Positions 59,497 to 64,000 of a stretch of 64,000 nucleotides of DNA are shown in pieces. The position numbers were made by a program, and so were the translations under genes. This stretch comes from a virus. The DNA lies in IMG/VR virus record IMGVR_UViG_3300026533_000002, positions 54,977 to 118,976 of that record, one strand, 5' to 3'. How positions within the stretch are numbered: the first letter of the stretch is position 1; every line of letters starts with the position of its first letter. The notes beneath the pieces are model-generated. The model saw nothing but the letters and a program-made list of their open reading frames with translations, searched no databases and was not told the origin of the DNA.

Positions 59497-60789
59497 ATGA
59501 CGTCAGTTGACAGATTGGTAGCTAATAGTAATAGTATTATTACTACACTAAGACAATTCAGTGAGACAGCAGAGCAAGATGTTGTATTCACATGGATTAA
59601 TGATGATGATAGTATAGAGGAAGTTTCTTATGCTAACATAACTAAGTTCCAGAAGATATTAAACGATAAGTTTGGTGAGCTAAAAGATGATTTAGAAGGT
59701 GAGTGGTCTGATTATAAAGCAGAGTTAGAGTTAAATGCTCAAAGAGCAGATTATTGTAGACGTATGGAAGCATCTGCAACATTGTCAGGCAGTGTTACAT
59801 ACAGTTCTGATCAGTTTCTTAGATGGGAGAACCGTATTATTCTAATGGGTGTTGGTTCAGATGCTAGTATGTACACTACAAGAGGTTATCTTAATCTTAA
59901 AGTACCTGCTACTGATACAGTTATACCTGCAATAGGTAATGCTGAGGATATAACTGTAACAGATGATGGTATTCAAATGAAAAGCAAATGGGGTACTCTA
60001 TACTACAAGCTAGCAGATAACTATGACAGTGCTGACAGTGCTGATGATGCTTGGGTTTTTGTTGGGTACGATAGTGACACTGGAGTACTACCAACGAACT
60101 GGATTTCGGTAGCAGCATTCAATCTCGATAGACAGGTAGTTGCTATTGCTGGGCATAGTGTATTTAAGGGTAGAACAATACATCCTGCAACTGTATCAGA
60201 CCCTCTGGGCGCTGTTGATGTGCAAAATGTTGGTGGTGTCCTCAAAGATAAGAATGGCGATGAAGTTATAGGTAATGTATTAATGGTATCTAATGACGTA
60301 AATGCTATAGTGTCTACAGATGATGACAGTGCTTATAATATCGTAAATGTTTCATTTGTTGCTACAAAGGATAATCCACATATTATGGTTGTAGCTAACA
60401 CTGGGCATGCACAAGAAAATGATACAGACCAAGATAGTGGTGATATTGACCCATCTGCTGGTATTGGGTGGAGAGTTGGAGGTAGTTCTGATAGTGTAGA
60501 CGACTATAACCAGTTCCATGGCGATAAAAGTACTAGGGAGAACATAAGCTCTATAGGCGAGTTCTATGTGCAAGATACTATACTAGAATATACAGCAAAT
60601 GATGGCACATTCATCTACGAGATTAAGCCTGTTGGTTTTAGCGGTGTTAAGCAGATAGTGTGTAGTAGAGGCGATACAGTAAATGTTGCACTATTCGTAC
60701 AGAGTAACTATGAGCTGTATTGGGGTGCTGGTTCTAATGGTAACTCTAGTGATACTTACAGAAGCAATATAACAGTGATACAAGGGTAA
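59497..60789 (+). CDS. tail fibre/spike protein
   Basis: N-terminal helical segment plus beta-rich C-terminus, followed by a chaperone-like gene. Confidence 0.6.
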   Translation: MTSVDRLVANSNSIITTLRQFSETAEQDVVFTWINDDDSIEEVSYANITKFQKILNDKFGELKDDLEGEWSDYKAELELNAQRADYCRRMEASATLSGSVTYSSDQFLRWENRIILMGVGSDASMYTTRGYLNLKVPATDTVIPAIGNAEDITVTDDGIQMKSKWGTLYYKLADNYDSADSADDAWVFVGYDSDTGVLPTNWISVAAFNLDRQVVAIAGHSVFKGRTIHPATVSDPLGAVDVQNVGGVLKDKNGDEVIGNVLMVSNDVNAIVSTDDDSAYNIVNVSFVATKDNPHIMVVANTGHAQENDTDQDSGDIDPSAGIGWRVGGSSDSVDDYNQFHGDKSTRENISSIGEFYVQDTILEYTANDGTFIYEIKPVGFSGVKQIVCSRGDTVNVALFVQSNYELYWGAGSNGNSSDTYRSNITVIQG

Positions 60790-60792
60790 TAG

Positions 60793-61224
60793 ATGAAGTT
60801 TGAATTAAAAGCAATGAAGCAGTTGGCTAATGAGCTTGGTGCGAAGTGTAATGTTGTTAGTATAGATGGTGATACTAGGTTTATTTGGTTCTCTGAGGAT
60901 ATACAAGAGCCTACACCTGAACAAATACAGAAAAGGTCACTAAAGATTGAGGAAGAGTATGAGCTTACAAAGGCTGCTGATAAACTTAAAGCCGAACGTA
61001 CAGCGTTACTGGACAACGGTATGACTACTGCTGATGGGGAGTTCTGGTTCAATGAGAAATGGGCTACAGTATTTATGACTAAAGCTCTAAGTGCTGAGTT
61101 TGTAGGCTTACCAGCAATACAGTGGAAAGATGCTAAAGGTGTAGTAGTGCAAGTACCTTTAGATAAGGCTAAAGTTTATATCAAAGAAATGATTGTAGCT
61201 TTAGATAAAGTTTATCTAGGCTAG
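60793..61224 (+). CDS. tail fibre assembly protein (DUF4376/XkdW-like)
   Basis: PT.EQI, IQWKDA.G. Confidence 0.6.
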   Translation: MKFELKAMKQLANELGAKCNVVSIDGDTRFIWFSEDIQEPTPEQIQKRSLKIEEEYELTKAADKLKAERTALLDNGMTTADGEFWFNEKWATVFMTKALSAEFVGLPAIQWKDAKGVVVQVPLDKAKVYIKEMIVALDKVYLG

Positions 61225-61230
61225 TTGTAG

Positions 61231-61383
61231 ATGCCTGATAAGTTAAAGATAGAAGTAGCCGATATAGCAGAGAGATTAGATTCTCTCTCTAGTCAGGTTA
61301 GCTTCAATAGAAATGTGGATATAGCTATACTAATCATAGGATTACTTAGTCTTGGGTTTACAGTATATAGGTGGACAATGTAA
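61231..61383 (+). CDS. small membrane protein (50 aa)
   Basis: Not in track; coiled N-terminus plus C-terminal TM. Confidence 0.45.
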   Translation: MPDKLKIEVADIAERLDSLSSQVSFNRNVDIAILIIGLLSLGFTVYRWTM

Positions 61384-61466
61384 TGATAGTAGATTTTATA
61401 CTAAAGATTGTCGAGATTGTCGGAGGGACTGTAGTAGTCTTTGGATTAATGCAGGCTATAAAATAA
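61383..61466 (+). CDS. 27-aa hydrophobic peptide
   Basis: Coupled by TAATG overlap; MIVDFILKIVEIVGGTVVVFGLMQAIK. Confidence 0.35.
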   Translation: MIVDFILKIVEIVGGTVVVFGLMQAIK

Positions 61467-61476
61467 GGAGTTAACA

Positions 61477-62118
61477 ATGGCAGCAGAAGAACAACCTACG
61501 ACTAGCCTACTAGAAGAGAGGGTTGAGACTGTTAAGCGATATGGTGTGGCTGGTCTAGTTGTTATTCTGGTACCATTCTTTACCCCCTACATAGAGGACT
61601 ATATGTCCAAGCAGCAAGAAGATACTATGAGGGTTATAGCTAGAGAGATAGGGACAGATCTTAAAACTAGTATAGTTAGGCATATAGATAAGTCTAATAA
61701 GGTTGATGTTGATACACTAGTTACAATTACTAGGTTATCAGTTGCAAAGCAGTCTATTCATAAGGTTAAGTTTATTAAAGAATTACTTAATAAGTATAAA
61801 GGCTGTGAGGTAGACAATAGTGATAGAATTAAAAGTAAGATAAAGACAGAACTATATAGGCAATCAGCTATTTATGTAACCTTCTTAAATAAGTTTGAAG
61901 ACCCTGTGATAGGTAGGATAGGTGATTACATAGCCGCAGAGTTTCCTATGACTGTATTCTTAGAAGGTGTTAATGTAATAGCTTTAGATACAGAGATTTC
62001 AGTAGATGTCAGGTCAGATGATATAATGGTTTATATGCTTGATATACAAGATACATTCTTTACTGAGATGGAGCATAAAATGAAAAGAGGTATATATGAT
62101 ACTAGATACTATAAGTAA
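61477..62118 (+). CDS. membrane-anchored lysis-cassette protein
   Basis: One N-proximal TM plus helical soluble domain; AAGGAG RBS. Confidence 0.6.
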   Translation: MAAEEQPTTSLLEERVETVKRYGVAGLVVILVPFFTPYIEDYMSKQQEDTMRVIAREIGTDLKTSIVRHIDKSNKVDVDTLVTITRLSVAKQSIHKVKFIKELLNKYKGCEVDNSDRIKSKIKTELYRQSAIYVTFLNKFEDPVIGRIGDYIAAEFPMTVFLEGVNVIALDTEISVDVRSDDIMVYMLDIQDTFFTEMEHKMKRGIYDTRYYK

Positions 62119-62548
62119 TTTATTTGGTTCAGTTGTTGGAGGTGTTACAGAACACTTTAAAGGTAAGCAAGAACTTAAACGAATTAAACTAGAAGCAGAT
62201 AAAGAGATGTTAAGTATAGATGCTAAAGCTAGAGTAGCTATACAGCAGGCTAAAATAGATATGCTAAAGTCTAGTCAAGATAATGACTTTAAGTTAGACA
62301 TGATAGCTATGCAGAATATGAATAGATCTTATAAGGATGACTTTATATTAGCTATATTCTTACTTCCATTAGTAGCTGCATTTATACCAGAAGCACAAGG
62401 GTACATAATGGGTGGATTTCAGCTTATGGCTTATATCCCTGATTGGTGGATATACCTTACTATTGGTATGGTTGTATCTATAATGGGCCTTAGGGGATTA
62501 CTAAGAGATTTCCTTAAGGGAAAGAAAGTACCTATTATAAAAAAGTAG
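62096..62548 (+). CDS. holin (3TM/GTA-holin-like family)
   Basis: SYKDDFIL..PL...FIP, GF, PDWW, GLR. Confidence 0.75.
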   Translation: MILDTISNLFGSVVGGVTEHFKGKQELKRIKLEADKEMLSIDAKARVAIQQAKIDMLKSSQDNDFKLDMIAMQNMNRSYKDDFILAIFLLPLVAAFIPEAQGYIMGGFQLMAYIPDWWIYLTIGMVVSIMGLRGLLRDFLKGKKVPIIKK

Positions 62549-62985
62549 TATACCCACAGCCTAAGATAGAGCACAAGAAGTACGACTTTAAAGAGTCAGA
62601 GTTCGCTTGTAAATGTGGTTGTGGGTTTAATGCTGTAGATACTGAGTTGCTAGATGTATTGCAGGATGCTAGAGACCATTTCGTTAGTAAATATGGAGAA
62701 GGAGCTAAATGTATTATTACTAGCGGTAACAGATGCAAAGCTCATAATGAAGTAGTTCAATTACAAGCTAATCCTCAATATAAGGCATTTACTTCTAAGA
62801 GTAAGCATATGGAAGGTATAGCTGCTGACCACAAGTTTATTAAACCTGATGGTAAGGTTATTGACCCTAAGGAAGTATTGGGCTACTACGAGTCTTTGTA
62901 TCCTAATAAGTATGGGTTAGGTCTTTACAGTAATAGAGTGCATTTAGATGTGAGAAATAGTAAAGCTAGATGGAGTACGGTATAA
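62545..62985 (+). CDS. peptidase M15A endolysin domain (no own start codon; probably reached by -1 frameshift)
   Basis: FKESEFACKCGCG, ITSGNRC.AHN, SKHMEGIAAD, GLGLY..RVHLDVR; frame open from 62518, first possible start TTG 62647. Confidence 0.85.
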   Translation, partial: VVYPQPKIEHKKYDFKESEFACKCGCGFNAVDTELLDVLQDARDHFVSKYGEGAKCIITSGNRCKAHNEVVQLQANPQYKAFTSKSKHMEGIAADHKFIKPDGKVIDPKEVLGYYESLYPNKYGLGLYSNRVHLDVRNSKARWSTV

Positions 62986-63010
62986 TGCTCCTTAAAGATC
63001 AGGAGTACTA

Positions 63011-64000
63011 ATGAATGAAGAACAAGATATTACAGTAACTAAAAGTAAAACAAAGATACAGCCTAAGTGGAAGAATGCTCCTACTATGGCAGACTTAGAT
63101 GCTGACAGGTTATCTGCAGAATCTAGTCAAGATGAGTTTAGAGCTAAACTATTAGAGTGGGAACTTATCCGTAATGGTGGTAAAGAGATTAAACCTTCTA
63201 AGATAGGTAAATCTACTGCCAGACCTTTACTAGTTCGTAAAGTATATGAATGGAAATACTCCGCACTAGAAGACCCTATACTTAGCTCTAGTGCTCTGTT
63301 CAAGCTTACAGGTAGAACTTATGCAGATACAGCAGCAGCTAAACAGAATGGCTCTGTAATCAATTACCAGTGGAATACTAAAGTACAGAAGACTAAGTTA
63401 GTTAGTGATATTATCCACACACTAGTAGATGAAGGTACTGTTATAGTTAAGACTGGCTGGGTAGCTGAGACAGAACTACAGCAAGTAGAGAAAGAAGTTC
63501 CTACTTATGCCTCTCCAGAAGAATCTTATATGTTAATGCAAAAGATGGTTGAGTCTGGAAAGATGTCTCCTGAACAAGCACAAGCTATGTTAGAGACTGG
63601 TGAACCTATGCAAGTCGGTACAGAGATACAAATGGTAGAGGAAGAAGTACTAACTCGTAACCATCCAAAGTATGAAGTATGTGTTAATGCTAATGTTACT
63701 ATTGACCCTACTTGCGATGGAGTTGTAGCTGATGCATTATTCGCTATACATGAGTACGACACATCATATGCTGAGCTTAAAGCTGATGAGTACTATGTAG
63801 ATGAAGAAGGTAACGAGAACGGTATCTATCATAATATAGACTACATCCAAACTAATGGTGAGAGAGATGAGTACGACGAGCATACATCAGATGCTTCTAA
63901 TAACTTTGAGTTTAAAGATAAAGCTAGAAAGAGATTAAGAGCTTTTGAGTACTGGGGTTACTGGGATATTCAAGGTGATGGGGACTTAGTATCTATAGTT
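63011..64000 (+). CDS. portal protein (N4 gp59-like), truncated by window edge
   Basis: Not in track; WKNAPT..DL, GKS..P.LVRK.YEWKYSALEDP, AKQN..VINYQWNTK, VDEGTVIVKTGW, IDPTC.G, EYWGYWDI.GDG. Confidence 0.92.
   Translation, partial: MNEEQDITVTKSKTKIQPKWKNAPTMADLDADRLSAESSQDEFRAKLLEWELIRNGGKEIKPSKIGKSTARPLLVRKVYEWKYSALEDPILSSSALFKLTGRTYADTAAAKQNGSVINYQWNTKVQKTKLVSDIIHTLVDEGTVIVKTGWVAETELQQVEKEVPTYASPEESYMLMQKMVESGKMSPEQAQAMLETGEPMQVGTEIQMVEEEVLTRNHPKYEVCVNANVTIDPTCDGVVADALFAIHEYDTSYAELKADEYYVDEEGNENGIYHNIDYIQTNGERDEYDEHTSDASNNFEFKDKARKRLRAFEYWGYWDIQGDGDLVSIV

Noticed and set aside
48822-60789. Diversity-generating retroelement or invertible tail cassette
   Set aside because: No reverse transcriptase, recombinase or near-identical adenine-variant repeat seen; repeats are diverged protein-level modules
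46241-63762. Minus-strand ORFs in the right arm (e.g. 50162, 53898, 60756, 62535, 63526)
   Set aside because: Antisense to clear structural, lysis or portal genes
1-64000. Stop-codon reassignment
   Set aside because: TAG, TGA and TAA all end conserved genes at expected lengths; code 11 gives dense coding; only one internal TAA found

Overview
A 64-kb AT-rich segment of a divergent N4-like (Schitoviridae-related) tailed phage genome, spanning the divergent junction (~42.3-43.0 kb) that probably contains the physical genome end or terminal repeat. Left arm (minus strand, 42.3 kb to 1): early and middle genes. These include a compact single-chain T7-type RNA polymerase, RepL-like, RHH, ParB and HTH proteins, three AAA+ ATPases (two paired with vWA proteins), an array of ~10 small paralogs, a Prs-like plus Nampt-like NAD+ module (NARP1-type), ThyX, a stand-alone N-terminal half of a family A DNA polymerase, a CCA-adding enzyme and two further Pol-beta nucleotidyltransferases. 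Right arm (plus strand): N4 gp69-like protein, terminase, acidic tail/fibre proteins, lysis cassette and start of the portal, in N4 gene order with sigma70-type promoters. Most notable: (i) an M15 endolysin with no usable start codon, apparently made as a holin fusion by -1 frameshifting at A_AAA_AAG followed by a stem-loop; (ii) a 566-aa single-chain RNAPII-like polymerase with altered motifs B and C; (iii) three copies of a conserved 15-mer plus nested hairpin upstream of the early genes; (iv) three structured intergenic regions with tRNA T-arm mimics; (v) a paralog array around a CbbQ-like AAA+/vWA pair. All family assignments come from motif recognition by eye, not from database searches.
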